The notes under the pieces were generated by a model. The model ran no database searches. It saw only the letters and a list, made by a program, of their open reading frames with translations, and had not been told where the DNA came from. DNA of 63,858 bases, filler included, from Stramenopiles sp. TOSAG23-3 (Eukaryota), in the NCBI GenBank assembly GCA_900128585.1. It is 6 parts of 6 records of this genome, joined end to end, with 100 filler letters (N's around TTAATTAATTAA, not from the genome) between each part and the next. Parts side by side here need not be neighbours in the genome. Positions count along the whole stretch, not along the records: positions 1 to 10,606 come from LT642802.1; positions 10,707 to 21,286 come from LT642803.1; 4 more parts are not named here. One strand, given 5' to 3'. The position numbers were made by a program, and so were the translations under genes. Below are positions 1 through 12,322 of this stretch, one piece after another (the stretch's first letter is position 1; every line of letters begins with the position of its first letter).

Positions 1-597
1 CCTCCGGCTGCGGTCGTTTCGAACGAGGCCGTTGTCAAAAGCGAACCACCAGCGCCCCAAAGCGGCGACAATGCTGCAGCCGAATCGAAAAACGATGCTA
101 CTGAGACAGTTAAGGAAGAAATCCCTGTTCAAAATACTGATAGTGTTCCAAAACCGGATAGTGCCCCAGCTGATCCAAAACCAGAAATTTCGGTCGCTGA
201 TAGTAAGCAGGCTGGAGAGGCCGCGGAGAAATCGCAAGAAGAGCGGAACAAACAGCTATTCGAGACAAAGTTGCCAGAGTTTTTAGAGAAAATAACTTCA
301 GATTTGACCATTCCGAAGGCTTCGGTCAAGCGGTGTTTGAGGGTAGATAAAGCCGTCACAAAAGTCCAGAGTGATGCCGTATACCTTTTGGCCAAGTCAG
401 CTGAATGTTTCGTGACTGAACTGGCACACCTGACAGCAAAGCAGGTGGAAAAGCAGGTGGGCGGCCCTCCGCGAAGGGTAATACAGTACGAACACGTTCG
501 CAACTCGTACATTGCTGCAAAAGAAGATGATAAAAATAAGGACTGGGCATTTCTTGATGAAGTTTTGCCGCCAAAAAGGAAGAAGCCAAAGGTGTAA
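1..597 (+). CDS. Histone-fold protein (CBFD/NF-Y HMF family; POLE4/CHRAC1/NF-YC-like), 5'-partial
   Basis: Frame is open from base 1 through an acidic, Pro-rich N-terminus into LTIPKASVKRCLRVDKAVTKVQSDAVYLLAKSAECFVTELA...RRVIQYEHV, the H2A-like histone-fold pattern. Ends in a basic PPKRKKPKV NLS-like tail. Confidence 0.8.
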   Translation, partial: PPAAVVSNEAVVKSEPPAPQSGDNAAAESKNDATETVKEEIPVQNTDSVPKPDSAPADPKPEISVADSKQAGEAAEKSQEERNKQLFETKLPEFLEKITSDLTIPKASVKRCLRVDKAVTKVQSDAVYLLAKSAECFVTELAHLTAKQVEKQVGGPPRRVIQYEHVRNSYIAAKEDDKNKDWAFLDEVLPPKRKKPKV

Positions 598-923
598 ATC
601 GGTAATTTGCCTCTCTACCCGAATCACACGCGCTCATTATTTTATGGTGATTGCGAGTATCATTTTATCTTTATGATCAAAACAAAATAATGGCTGTGCT
701 ACGAAGTAAATTTTTACTTTTTATCAAAGAAAATTGGCTGTTATTTAATTAATTAAAATAAATGTACTGCGAACTGAAATCTACTAAACATTCGAGGTTT
801 ACATTCCTTCAAGCGTAAATTTACTTTCGTAGATTACGTAATAAGGCTTTTCGTGCGTATTTGTTATTTCATAATCTAAAAGTTATGATATTATCATATG
901 ACTAAATCTTGAAAATCTCAAAT

Positions 924-3895
924 TTACTTGTTTAAATCAAAGCCACTTTTGGACATCATTTCAGCAATTTCTGCATCTCGCGCAGCTTTTTTCTTTGCTG
1001 CTTCCTCACGTTTTCTTTCTTGTTCAAGTCTTGCATCTTCTATCTCCTTGGCGGCCTTTTCTGCTGCCTTTTCTTTCCGGACGCGTTCGAGAATCTCTTT
1101 CAGATAACGTGGGCTATGAAAATTATGGCCATAGGGACTGTTTTTGGCAACCAAGGTAGCGTCTCTAACCTTTTGTTTCGGGGTGGTGTTATTGCCTAAA
1201 CCACTTTGAAGAGAAGTAACCAATCCCAGAGATTTTTCGTCGGTGTGTTTGCTTGTAATGCTTGGCTCAGTGCCGTACGACGAGAAATTGCTTTCGGGGG
1301 CACTGCTGAAGGACGTCATTGTAGAAGGGGCGGTAGACAGGTCACTGCGATATGTGCTTAATTCATAGGTGCCCTCATCTGCTGAATCTGCCTCAGCTGT
1401 GTACGACAAAGAGGGGAGAGATCTAGACGAAAGAGGCACATTCGTTTCCAGGCCTTTGGCCTCTTTGGAGTTTGTCTTCGTTCCCATTCGAAAGGATGCC
1501 TTGAACAAATTGGTGTTATTTGTGTTGTATGTCGTTACATCGGAAGTGTACCCTTCGTTAGAGCTGCTCGAGGACGACGCAGACGATTCGCTCCCGGTGC
1601 TCTCGTCAAGGTCGCTTCTATCACTTTCGGACAACATCTCGCGATACAGTGCCGTTTCTTCCTCTGTGATGGGTGTCATTTGTTGCCGTTTAGACAGGCT
1701 TGGGTACAGAATGCTATCTGGTGCCCGCTGCTTGCGAAGGTTTTTGTTTGGCTTCACCATGCCGTAGTATAGCATTCGTCTCCCAGGACTCCATTGGCAC
1801 CCCTGCTTCTTCCTGCCACTATGAATGGGATATTTTGATCCGATATCAATACTATTCTCAATATGTGAAGAAGCGCTTCTTCGTTCATCGACTGCCCCAC
1901 CTGTGTTTTTCTCCGCCGCCACGTTGCCGTCAGCACGCTTCTCGAAACGAAACTCTGGGCTCAAAATAACCCTATGGCCACCAATCTTACCGCGTTTTTC
2001 GCTACAGGTTGATTTTAGGAAAGCGTGACTAAAGTGTACGTACGCCCCTGACAGTCTGTTTTCTTCGATGGGAGTCAAATTATGCAACGCAGAATTTACT
2101 AATTTTAATCCGTTCTCCAAATCCAACTCGCTTATATTTACAGCGTTTGCAAACTTCCGTGCCTTTGACGACGCTTCTCGGTAAAAGATGTCCTTGTCTT
2201 CGTTTTTTTCCCAGACGTCTGCGGCCCTTCTTCCAAAATTGACGTGGGTTTCCGGAAAACGCAGTAGCTGTAGAATTATTTCACATACAGCAGGAAGAGA
2301 AAATCGATGGTTCCACTTAACTCTTTTTCAATCCCCCAAGGAATAGCTGGGTGAAAAATAGGCGTATAAAATACTATGCGCGGCGGTTTGGTGGGGTAAA
2401 AATCTCCAAGAATTATTTTTATTGCAAAAATTCCGTGTGCGTACGGAGAAGTGACCGGCCCTTTCAGTTCTGCTATCCACTGGTAGTGTTTGTTATTTAA
2501 TACATTGTAATCTGGACAAAGCTTTAGGATTCCCCGTCTCTGTAAGTAATCTTTTTCTGCCTTGCACCACTTTTCTGTCTCTTCAAACAATTTTACACGC
2601 TCTCTGTGCACAGACGGGGGCGCAAATGTTTTCGATTGCACCTTGCCATATGTCCGTTTATCCTCCAAAGCGATTCCATGTAGGTGGGGTGGGTAGTCTA
2701 CTTGAAGTGCACTTGGGTTGTATGCATAGGCATGCTTTGAAATACGAGAGTGAGACTTAAATGGAGGCTTCACGTAATTTATTCGAGGAAAATGTACTTT
2801 TTTCTCCCGTTCGACTTTTTGTCGAGCTGCCCGCCCCTTGTTCTCAATATTCTCTGTGTACATATGGCTCCCACCTGAAGACACTATAGTTTGCCCTCTG
2901 GTGACTCCAAACCTATCTACCGCTAAACGAACTTTAGGGACGGTTTCTTCGGGCCGACTGTTGTGCCACCTAATGCGCATGGGAGATGTTTTGTTGTGTT
3001 TTTCAATTAAAGCTTCCTCCCACCTTTCTCGCTTTTCAATGGGGAGTTTTCCCTTGCCCTCCAAGATTGATTTTTCTAAACCTGCATTGGTTTGGTAAGG
3101 CAGCTCATTTGTGTCGGCATCAAATTTATTATCGTGAAAGCGTGGAGTGTGGACAAAAGTCTCAACTTCTGAATTGTGTTTGTTCACTTTTTTCCTAAAC
3201 GATTTTGCATCTATCACCCCAGCATCAAAATCATAATGGTTCCACGGAGAATGCTGGTCTAACGGGGCCCATGGCGCAGGCGGCCGTAGCTCCTCCACCA
3301 TAGTTTCTCCCGCGTAAACCCTTTGAGTCACTTCAATCCCACGTATGGGAGAGGAAGAATCCTTCCTGCCCGGTATGTACACTTCCTCCCTTTTTGTTAA
3401 TCCGTTCCGCATCATTTTTACAGGTTCGCGAATCATATTAATATTTTTCAACGCTGAATCATTGCGCTTCGAATATCGAGTCCAAGTTGATCGAATCAAA
3501 TCAGGGTGCTCCGAATTTCTTTCCCGTGACTTAAAAACGACAAAATTTTCAACATCTTTTCGAGCTTGACCCTCGATTTTTTTAACAACTTCAGAAATTT
3601 CCTTTTCGGATAAGCCGCCTACAATTTCCCTATCTTTTTTGTAGGTTTCCTTTGTCTCATTAGTTACCTTATAAAGCCCATTCGCACTATATCGCATGAA
3701 TGTTTCTTGCGATTGCTTCGTTTGGTCTGAGTTTGGCGGGGAAAACAACCGTGGCTGTATTGGTTTGGCATCCTGTCCATCGTGACCACTTGCCTGGGCA
3801 ATATCAAGAGCCAAGTCTAGATCTAGTTTGTTCAATGTATAAGATGCCATATTCCAGTAAGCATGCTCCCAGGTTTGGGCAATTCCTCCTTGCAA
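924..3895 (-). CDS. Large protein with an internal UBC/UEV (E2-like) domain, split into two ORFs by a frameshift near 2270-2305
   Basis: ORF 2276-3895 ends in WIAELKGPVTSPYAHGIFAIKIILGDFYPTKPPRIVFYTPIFHPAI (N-half of UBC). The frame of ORF 924-2126 is open upstream as SLPAVCEIILQLLRFPE..AADVWEKNEDKDIFYREASSKARKFA (C-terminal UBC helices). Confidence 0.65.
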
Positions 3896-4344
3896 TGTGT
3901 CTTGGAACTTTCGTTGGCACTGAGGATAACATTATAAATCATTTCAAATTGTTCGCTTGGAACGTAAAAAATGTAACCTAATAACCAAACCACCAGAGTA
4001 TTTTTTTCAAAAAAAAACAGCAACAACAAGAAGAAGGAAGAAGAAAAACGACGACTCTGCTGTCTGCTGCTCCTGCTGGTGCCCTGTTGATATTTATTTA
4101 TATTGCTTTTCCATCAAAATAATAATATAATAATCGTTTTATTATTTTATTATTATTAATAATTATATATTATCGGTACCACAACAGTAGTTGCAGTATT
4201 TATTTACCAGTATTGTAAAAACATTAATAAGTATCATGCAAGGAGGAGTTTGGGTTCTTGAACGGTTTTACCTTCTTTTTTCTTTTCTTTTTTGAGAGTC
4301 TTAAAACATACTACCTTCATTAGTTTTTTTAGTATACAATGCCG

Positions 4345-7300
4345 TTATGACAGAAACATCGATTCACTCCTTTTCGTGGGGCGCAACGATGCATCCTCAT
4401 TCTCATCTCTTGTAGACAAATAAGGTGGCGTTAGCCCCCTAAAATTCATGATCATTTGCCTCTCCTCAAGCTGGTGCCTGTGCTGCGATTTAAGTTCAAC
4501 ACGATTTGATCCAGCGTTCGCGCTACGCGTGGCTTTCTCTTTTGCTTTCTTCTTTCTATCCATTCTTTTGGCTATGGCCAAATGAAGTGGAAGGCTTTTC
4601 CGGTTCTTTTTTGCCATAGGTCGGACAAAAGTAAACTGGCTCCTCGTCACGTTTTCACTGCTAATCTGCTTCCCCATTGATTCTACTCGGTCGTAAGGGC
4701 CTGCATCATTAAAAATCATTGATTTTGGTTTTTCCATCATTACATTGGAATACCGTTTGCCTATGTATGACCCTCGCGAGAAGGATGAAAAGTCCGGCAT
4801 CGGATACGCCCCCGGACCTGGAACATTTTTCGCCCTATAAATTGACCACTCTACGTCCGATTTTGGCTTTGCGTCAGATATCTTCCCAGCGCCAGCTGAA
4901 GGCTTAAACGATATGTCTTGGTAATCACTTGGTCCGGGTAGTTTTGATCCTTGTTTAGTCACTTCGTCTTGCATTGATAAAGGGTATGCCGTGCTGAATC
5001 GACCACCTTTTAAATCGGACCCAAAAGTTGAAAGGGAGTAGTTTGCTGGCCCTGGAGTTTTTTGTGCCCGATAAATTTTCCAATCCACATCACTTTTGGG
5101 GTTAGCGTCGGAAATTTTACCTACTCCTGCTTTTGGCACAAAGGAGACGTCTGATTGGTATCTAGAAGGCCCGGGAAGAGCGCTGCTTTTTTTCGTGATT
5201 TCATCAATTTCATTTTCTACATGACGAGAAAAGGAAAATCCAGGCGAGATGTTTGATTTTTTTTAATGCTTTTTCTTTATGGCCGCCAGGAACCTTCGGT
5301 GAATTCTCTAATGCAGTATCAATTAAACCAGCCACTTTAGCTGCAGTATTCAGCGATTGAGCAATAACCGATTTTGCAGTTTTTGAATACGTTGAGACCG
5401 CACTCTCAATTATAGCTTTACGGGTCATATCACTTGCGAATGGCAACGCATTGTATGGTGACGCCGATTTCGAAACATTTTTCGGAGGGGGTGTTTTGGA
5501 CTTTTGTTCGCTTTCTCCGTACAACACAGGCACCAACACGTCATTGTGAGAACGTTTCAATACATCATAAATGATTTTCATAACAGGGCTAGTTCTGAAA
5601 TATTGTCTTCTTTTTCTTGAAATCCCAAGGCTTGACTTCATCCGTCTTATATACGGTGTATTTTTCGCGGGTGTAGTCAAATTTAAGGCAGCAAGTTTTT
5701 TTTGCACTTTTGAAACTATTTCCGCTCGTCTGTTTGTATCTCGTTTTTTTCTTTTCTTTCTATTGTCCGTTTGTGTCTGAGCACTACACAATGTGGCTTG
5801 TTCTATTTGCACGCTCTCGCCTTCTTTCCCTGTTTTCGATTCTATCCCATTATCCTCTGGTGCGTTTACTAAACTGGTCATCTTCGCACTTCTTTGGGAA
5901 GATACAGGTGAGGCCGGTTCTATTTCCATCAAAGCGCTTTCATTAGACTCGGTTGTATTCACACTTGTTTGGGGTGATCCAGGGGAGACCGGTTCGATAT
6001 CCACCTGGGTTGAGGTAATTATTGTTTCATTAGAATAAGATTCTTTTTGAGAGTCCGCGGATAGAATTCTGCGGGCTTCTTGGAACAGAACCGTTCTAAC
6101 CCTAAAGCCTCTGACGAAAGCTTGAATTGTAGTCGCACAGTGAGACAAAACAATATCTAATTCCATTTGTGCAAGAAACAGACGATCAAGAAAGCCTCGG
6201 GCGACGGCATTTATTTGAGTTGCAGCAGCATTCATAACTGTCAAAACAGTGCTTTCCTCCATCATCTCTGTCGTGCCCCTCTCTGAATGATCGACTTTAT
6301 TGCGCTGTTGTGCAGAAGGAGAGGGAACATATATGATTTTTCTCTTTTTCACTTTTTTAGGAGAACTGATTTTTACTCGTATCCTTTTTGCTGGTTTTTC
6401 TACGCGTTTGAAAGTCAAAAATACTTTACGATAGTCATCCTTCTTTGCGTCCAAAATAAGTAATTGGGTGATTGATTCAAGCAACTGCAACCTTTGCTCT
6501 TTGAGGGCATTTTCATGTACTTCACTGATTGAATCTTTCTGGACAGTCAATTTTTCTTTTGTATCTTGGTCAAAAACGTTGTAAATTTCCTCTTGGCGTG
6601 CCAACCTTGAAAATTTTTTGAACAAGTTAGAAATTACGTTAAATTCTACAACTTCATTGTCACGGATCGTAATGTCTATGTTATGCATTGCCCCCCTCAT
6701 CCGTTTCATAGATTTATAATATAGACCAACAGGAAGTTGCAATATCCCTGTTGGGGTCTGTGTGAGCTTTAAATCGTCTGGTCGTTCTGCCTCTTCCAGT
6801 TCCAACGTGTCCTCATCGTTTGCAAGCGGTTTGGTGGATACTTTAGTTTCTATTTTACGTTTCGGAGACCTTGATACTTTCCTGTTTGTTTTGATATGAG
6901 GAAGAGTTTGATGCAATAAATCTATGTGCATTTTTCTTCGATCTCGTTTATCGTTTGTAAATGTGAGCAGCTTACATATTGATGAGACGCATTTGTTGTA
7001 GTCATAAGCATCGACTATTTCGGACGACAAATTTTCGAAGTCAATTATATTGTTTTTTGATACGAGTGCATTATGCTGCCCAATGGCAGTGTCCTCAGTC
7101 AGAGCACACTTTTCAATGAAGTCATTTGCATCATACAAAGACTTGTATATGCGATAGTATGGGTCAGTTATCTCAATTTTCAGTACACCACGGCGTACTT
7201 GCTCTATCTCGATGGAGTAACTCGAGCCCCGGATCCGTTTTGTAAATTGATATTTTTGTTTCATCCGCAATTTAAACCGGCAATTCAGGTCTGGCATGGT

Positions 7301-7747
7301 ATCGTTTTTGTTGCCGTTTCGCGGAGGTTGCGGCTCTGCGTGTATTTCCTGTTCATCTTCTGGTACTAGGGATGATGGCTTTACAAACCACATTATCGAA
7401 GGATCCTCGATCATTTTAATTTTATAACGTGCATGCAAGGTGTTCCATGTCAACACGATGCACATTTCTCCATTGCATTCTTTTTGCACACCTAAAGAGG
7501 TAAGTTTGCACAGTGTACCGGGCTGCAATATCCTTTCACCAGCTATAACATCAAACGATTCGCGTTTTACCAGATGGACAATAGACGGGGTCTCCAACAT
7601 TCGAATGAGGTATCGCCCATGCCGTTCTCGATATGCCACGATTCTTGCAGTTTGACCATTTTTGGAAGGATCACTTTGTATGTTTCTTAAAACAATCACG
7701 CTGCCTGTTTGCACTTCCATTTTCCCTTCTTCCCGTGAGTCCGGCAC
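4345..7747 (-). CDS. IQ-motif and SHIPPO/ODF3-type PGP-repeat protein (probably axonemal), frameshifted at an A8 run at ~5257-5264
   Basis: IQ motifs AATQINAVARGFLDR and ATTIQAFVRGFRVR in ORF 5210-7747. PGPxxY repeats (PGPSRY, PGPANY, PGPSDY, PGPGAY) in the frame of ORF 4345-5139, which is open back to the A8 homopolymer. Start codon uncertain. Confidence 0.65.
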
Positions 7748-8223
7748 ATTTTAAAAAGGGAAGATTGGTTTCCTTCGCCATAAAATTGGTAAACAACACA
7801 TAAACTTACTCATTAATTCGTTGCTCGCATTAACCAGAGAAGAAAATGATTATATCGCGCTCGTTCATTCATTCTTCTGCGTGATATCAGGCGAGTGCAA
7901 AATAATTGTTAACATTACTTAAATACAAGTGAACACCATTATTAAAAGTCGTTGATAGTCGTTGTAGTTAAAAAGAGGGAGCAGCGTCGTTTTCGATTTT
8001 TTTTGTTATGAGCCTTCACAAACAACATCATATACGAGGCCTCATCATTGATAATTCTATCAGGAACACAATGCTACTTCTATGATGAAAGAAGGAAGGA
8101 CGAAATATGCGAACACTTACAAAAAAACACCTTTTTAATAAATTTTTTACAAAAACATTATTACTCATTTACGAATACTAGTTATGGCCTTGAGTTTACG
8201 GGTAAGATCTAAAATTCTTAACA

Positions 8224-10605
8224 TTATTGGGTCTTGGCTAACCGCTCCACTTCCTTCTTTTTCAGCTTAATTGCTTCTTTTTCTCTAGATTTTAACTCGC
8301 CTCGGACTTTCTCATGCACCTTCATTTCATCCTCGTCGTAAATTGCGATTTCTTCAAGAGCAGCTTGCAGCCCTTCCTCTTCTGCGTTAAGGAGAGATTG
8401 GCGACTTGGAACACGGATTTCATAACGTAATCCGCCCTGGCTGGAATTGCTTCCTCCAGACCTTGATTTTCGTTCTCTCAGTTTGGGGGTATAGTTTGGA
8501 TCATCAACATAGTCTTTCAGGGCATTGTCCTTTGGGAGCGTTTTCAGCATGCTCATTAAGGAATGCTCAATTTCTGATAGCCGACGATCAATCTCTTTTC
8601 CAACCAGTTTTGGGTCAAGAGTCACATAATCGTGTTTGTTTTTATTTATGTCTTTCTTAATGACAAACGGCTTGCTTCTGTTTTTTATCCCCAACATAGT
8701 TGCAAGATGCAGCGTTCCGCTCTGCACATCTTTTAAAAGTTGTTGTGCATTGTTCCAACGAACTTTCTCTAGATGCAGTTTTGACTCGGACACAAACGTC
8801 TGATCATCAACTTCGCGTATATGGCGACTACTAATAAAATTGTTAGCACTCTGAAGAGATTGAAGGGTGTGAGATAAATCATAGCTCTTTTTGTCCATTG
8901 CTCGAATTTTCTCTTCGTACTTGCGGCGCTGGTCCTCCAAAGAGGCGTAAACTTGGTCTTTATTTATGAACTTTATAAAGACCATATTGGGGTCTGATAT
9001 TCCAGTTGCACTCTTTATTTTTGCAAAAGCAGATTCGTATTCAGCTTCATCAACCTTCGTTTCTTGCAGCTTAGTCTTTATTGCGTTCTTTGTAAGCATG
9101 GTCAGCACGTTTTTCGCGGCAAGTTTCGACTGGTTGTCCATATCGTCGTGTACAATCGTGTTACGTGTCAACTCCCGGCGTTTTTCTCGCGAAATCTCTT
9201 TCTCTTGTTCCCGTTGCATTCTTTTTCTAATTTTTTTCAAGCGTTGAACAGCCTCGGCCATCATTTCATCGGCCTTTTTTGATTCTTTGATTAAAGCAGG
9301 TTTTTCTACGTTCAGCAAATGGTTATATTCGTATTTTGCTGCCGTTTGCCTGGCTACCAAATAATCCGAACGCGAGTCACTGACTTTAAGCCTGCGCTCG
9401 ATCTTTTGTAAGTGGACTTCGTCACGAGCAGGGTGTTTGCCGCACACGTTCATGACCTTACCATAAAATTTTCCGAGGCGATCGCCATCTCTGAGGGCTT
9501 TGTTAAGTGTTTTTATTCGCTTTTTCAATACGTCGATCATTGCTTCCCCGGCAACAATGCACTCCTGGGTGTAGTCATCCATAAAATTACGGGTCCCAAC
9601 TTGTTTTTCTAATTTGAACAATGCTTTAATTTTCTCGTCTTTTTCATACATCAGGTTATCCAACTCATCCCGCAACCTATGGATCATCTGATTGAGTCCA
9701 GCTATGTTTGCGTCCCTTTCTGTTGCAGGGTAATTCTGTGTATGCGCTGCCATGTGCTTCACAGTGCCGGGGTCAAACTCGTGGGAGGGTGGCAATATCT
9801 TTATCAAAGAGGAGGAGGCGTTTTCGGCATGATCTTTTGACACCACACCAGTGCTAAACAACAGCATTCGACGTTCTGGGTCTTCCCGTTCCATTTTTTC
9901 AATGGTAGGAAATCTAGTTCCTGTTTTCAACGTTCTAGTTGATGGTGAAGAAAATGGGATGTCTCTTAGTGCCTCTTCCCTTGTCGGCCTTTGCTTACCC
10001 TTTACGCGTTTCATAGCGGTCTTGTACGCATCTTCGTGACTGGACCGATTCCCTTTCCTTCGCTGCTCATCACGAGCACGCAATATCGCCGGGCTAGTGA
10101 CAGCATTTTCTAACAACATGCGCTCTGCGTTGAGTTGTGACTTGAGCTGAAGAGGTGTCGTCTGTATCTTCGGCTCCCCTTTCGGGTCTATTTTTTTCAC
10201 TTCCCAAAACGATTTTTTCTTGTAAGGGGTCAACGATTCTTCGATTTTTGACCTTGCAGGAACAACACTGTCCGCGCCTGCAAGAGCAAGCCATGGAAAC
10301 ATTATCCATACCCAACGGCGGTACAGTTTAAAGTCTAGCTCCTCCCTGGTCGAGGGTGTTTCGATATCTCTAGTTGGAGTCTTGCTGCCAAGCTTTGAAA
10401 CTGGTGACAAGCCAGTTTCACCCAACATGGGAGTGGACCCTCCGAGTGTGGAAATACCAGAGTCTAAACGTCTGAGTTTCTTTGCTGAAAAACTGCGCTT
10501 CTTCTTTTTCTTAGATTCGTTGGCTGGCGGAGGACGCCCCAACCCTTTCTCTTTAGGGGCGCCTGAAGGGCGCTTAACTATGCCACGCAAATGCTCCGGC
10601 CACAT
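8224..10605 (-). CDS. Coiled-coil protein of the outer dynein arm docking complex type (CCDC151/ODAD3-like), probably 5'-partial
   Basis: Long coiled coil containing YESAFAKIKSATGISDPNMVFIKFINKDQVYASL, which resembles the conserved ODA-DC block. ORF begins 1 nt from the contig end. Confidence 0.6.
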   Translation of the reverse strand: MWPEHLRGIVKRPSGAPKEKGLGRPPPANESKKKKKRSFSAKKLRRLDSGISTLGGSTPMLGETGLSPVSKLGSKTPTRDIETPSTREELDFKLYRRWVWIMFPWLALAGADSVVPARSKIEESLTPYKKKSFWEVKKIDPKGEPKIQTTPLQLKSQLNAERMLLENAVTSPAILRARDEQRRKGNRSSHEDAYKTAMKRVKGKQRPTREEALRDIPFSSPSTRTLKTGTRFPTIEKMEREDPERRMLLFSTGVVSKDHAENASSSLIKILPPSHEFDPGTVKHMAAHTQNYPATERDANIAGLNQMIHRLRDELDNLMYEKDEKIKALFKLEKQVGTRNFMDDYTQECIVAGEAMIDVLKKRIKTLNKALRDGDRLGKFYGKVMNVCGKHPARDEVHLQKIERRLKVSDSRSDYLVARQTAAKYEYNHLLNVEKPALIKESKKADEMMAEAVQRLKKIRKRMQREQEKEISREKRRELTRNTIVHDDMDNQSKLAAKNVLTMLTKNAIKTKLQETKVDEAEYESAFAKIKSATGISDPNMVFIKFINKDQVYASLEDQRRKYEEKIRAMDKKSYDLSHTLQSLQSANNFISSRHIREVDDQTFVSESKLHLEKVRWNNAQQLLKDVQSGTLHLATMLGIKNRSKPFVIKKDINKNKHDYVTLDPKLVGKEIDRRLSEIEHSLMSMLKTLPKDNALKDYVDDPNYTPKLRERKSRSGGSNSSQGGLRYEIRVPSRQSLLNAEEEGLQAALEEIAIYDEDEMKVHEKVRGELKSREKEAIKLKKKEVERLAKTQ

Positions 10606-10606
10606 T

Positions 10607-10706
10607 NNNNNNNNNNNNNNNNNNNNNNNNNNNNNNNNNNNNNNNNNNNNTTAATTAATTAANNNNNNNNNNNNNNNNNNNNNNNNNNNNNNNNNNNNNN
10701 NNNNNN
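10607..10706. other. Artificial contig linker N44-TTAATTAATTAA-N44
   Basis: Six-frame stop spacer flanked by Ns; the same linker occurs five times in the window. Confidence 0.97.
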
Positions 10707-10964
10707 AAAGGGTGAGGTTGGTAGGTAGGTATTATTATTATTTATTATTATTAGAAATATAAAACTCTATTATGGTGGTGGTGGTGGTAAAAAAATAATA
10801 ATAAAAAATAATAATAATATAAAAAAATTATTCGACGAGTAAGAATTGTAATATAAACAAATGGGTTTCTTTCTTCTTTGAACAATTTGAAAGACGTTTC
10901 GAAAGTACAACGAGGATGATTCCGAGAATCAATTGTTGATGGTTTTGTATTAATGGGCGGTGTT

Positions 10965-11591
10965 CTAAGCACTCTTTCCGGCGTAGTGAAAGAGAAGGAT
11001 AATGATGGCTATGATAATGCTGGGGGCACAACTGAACAAGAAGCGTTTCAAAGCTGGCCGTGGAAATTTTCCAGCGAAAAATACCCATGCGCCCAACATG
11101 GCCATGTTCCAATGCGAGAGTCCTCCATAGCCCATTTTCTCAAGCGCAATGGCGACGTGCGAATGGCAGTTGTCACAACATATGTTATGCATTCGCCTAG
11201 AGTACATACAGTTACTGTGGTGCAAACAGTCATCCCAAAACTCCTCCGGTGATACACCACTTGGTCGTTTTTTTGCCTTGTTTGGGTCAAGCTTTAGGTA
11301 TCTTGTTGGGTTCCCAAACGCCATATTGTCTCGTCCAATAGTGTACGGGCCTGCAAAGTCCCAAATGTAGCCCCTAGAATCACATATTCCCATGTGCCCG
11401 ACAAAAGGCATGCACCACGTCAGAGGACCCAAAGGGCTCCAAACAATACAAAAGGGATACCTCTCTCGCTTCGGATCAATGGCTTTGCTAACCTTGCTAC
11501 TTTCGTCTATCTTCAAATGCGACCTTGGGTGATACTCTGGCTCCTCGACGTGACGATTCATATCAAACACTTCCGCTTCTTCCAAATCCAT
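10965..11591 (-). CDS. TMEM222: TMEM222 / RTE1-like (DUF778) membrane protein
   Basis: IDPKRERYPFCIVWSPLGPLTWCMPFVGHMGICDSRGYIWDFAGPY...MAFGNPTRY and HNICCDNCHSHVA motifs; C-terminal TM helix. Confidence 0.9.
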   Translation of the reverse strand: MDLEEAEVFDMNRHVEEPEYHPRSHLKIDESSKVSKAIDPKRERYPFCIVWSPLGPLTWCMPFVGHMGICDSRGYIWDFAGPYTIGRDNMAFGNPTRYLKLDPNKAKKRPSGVSPEEFWDDCLHHSNCMYSRRMHNICCDNCHSHVAIALEKMGYGGLSHWNMAMLGAWVFFAGKFPRPALKRFLFSCAPSIIIAIIILLFHYAGKSA

Positions 11592-12290
11592 GCTTTTGAA
11601 TAATTTCTTCCTAACTTGTCTAATTTAATTATCATAAACAATATTGTTTTCATTTTCTTTCATTCTCTTTCCAAATACTTTTCAATTAAATTTATATCGT
11701 AAACACCGTTTGAACGGAAAGTCAGTTCTTGGATCTTCTTTTGAACGCGGCGTGGTGGTGGTGGTGGTGTGGTAGAAGACCTTTTATAAGCTTTATATTT
11801 TTTTGTACTGTTTGTGTATTATTATTAGGCCTTATAATAATAGTTTAAATTATGTAGTACTTATTAATAAATCGAAGGAGGAGGAGGATTTAAAATAAAT
11901 ACTAATAATAATTTAAAAAATGCCTGATTCCACTGATGACGTACGTACTACTGAGTTCGAACTTCTTTCTTCACAATATAAACTACTACGAATATTATGT
12001 ATAGTAATAAACCTTAGAATCCCTATATATATACTAATGTAATTTTTATTATATTTGATATAGAAACTCGTACCTCTGCCACCAACTGCACAACAGCACA
12101 ATTATTATGTAGACAAACAAACTGCAACGAGAGAACGTCAAAAATGAAATTAATGAACTTCATATTTTTTAATATTTCATCAAAAATGAACAAAATAAAC
12201 TGTGAAACAAAACATATATTTTGCTCTGTGTTCGCGCTGGAGGAGAGATAGAGAGAGAAATTAAAATCTTTTTTCGGACTCTGCTTTTGT

Positions 12291-12322
12291 TGTACCGGTA
12301 CCGGTACCGGTACCGGGTACCG
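12291..12322. repeat. (GTACCG)n tandem, self-complementary hexamer repeat in intergenic spacer
   Basis: tgtaccggtaccggtaccggtaccgggtaccg seen directly. Confidence 0.8.

Noticed and set aside
2268-2288. 21-nt GT-AG intron (gtatgt...ctacag) in the UBC gene
   Set aside because: Length is a multiple of three, so it does not restore the downstream UBC frame.
10651-10662. TTAATTAATTAA palindrome repeated five times as a biological repeat
   Set aside because: Always centred in N44 blocks; it is an artificial six-frame-stop linker.
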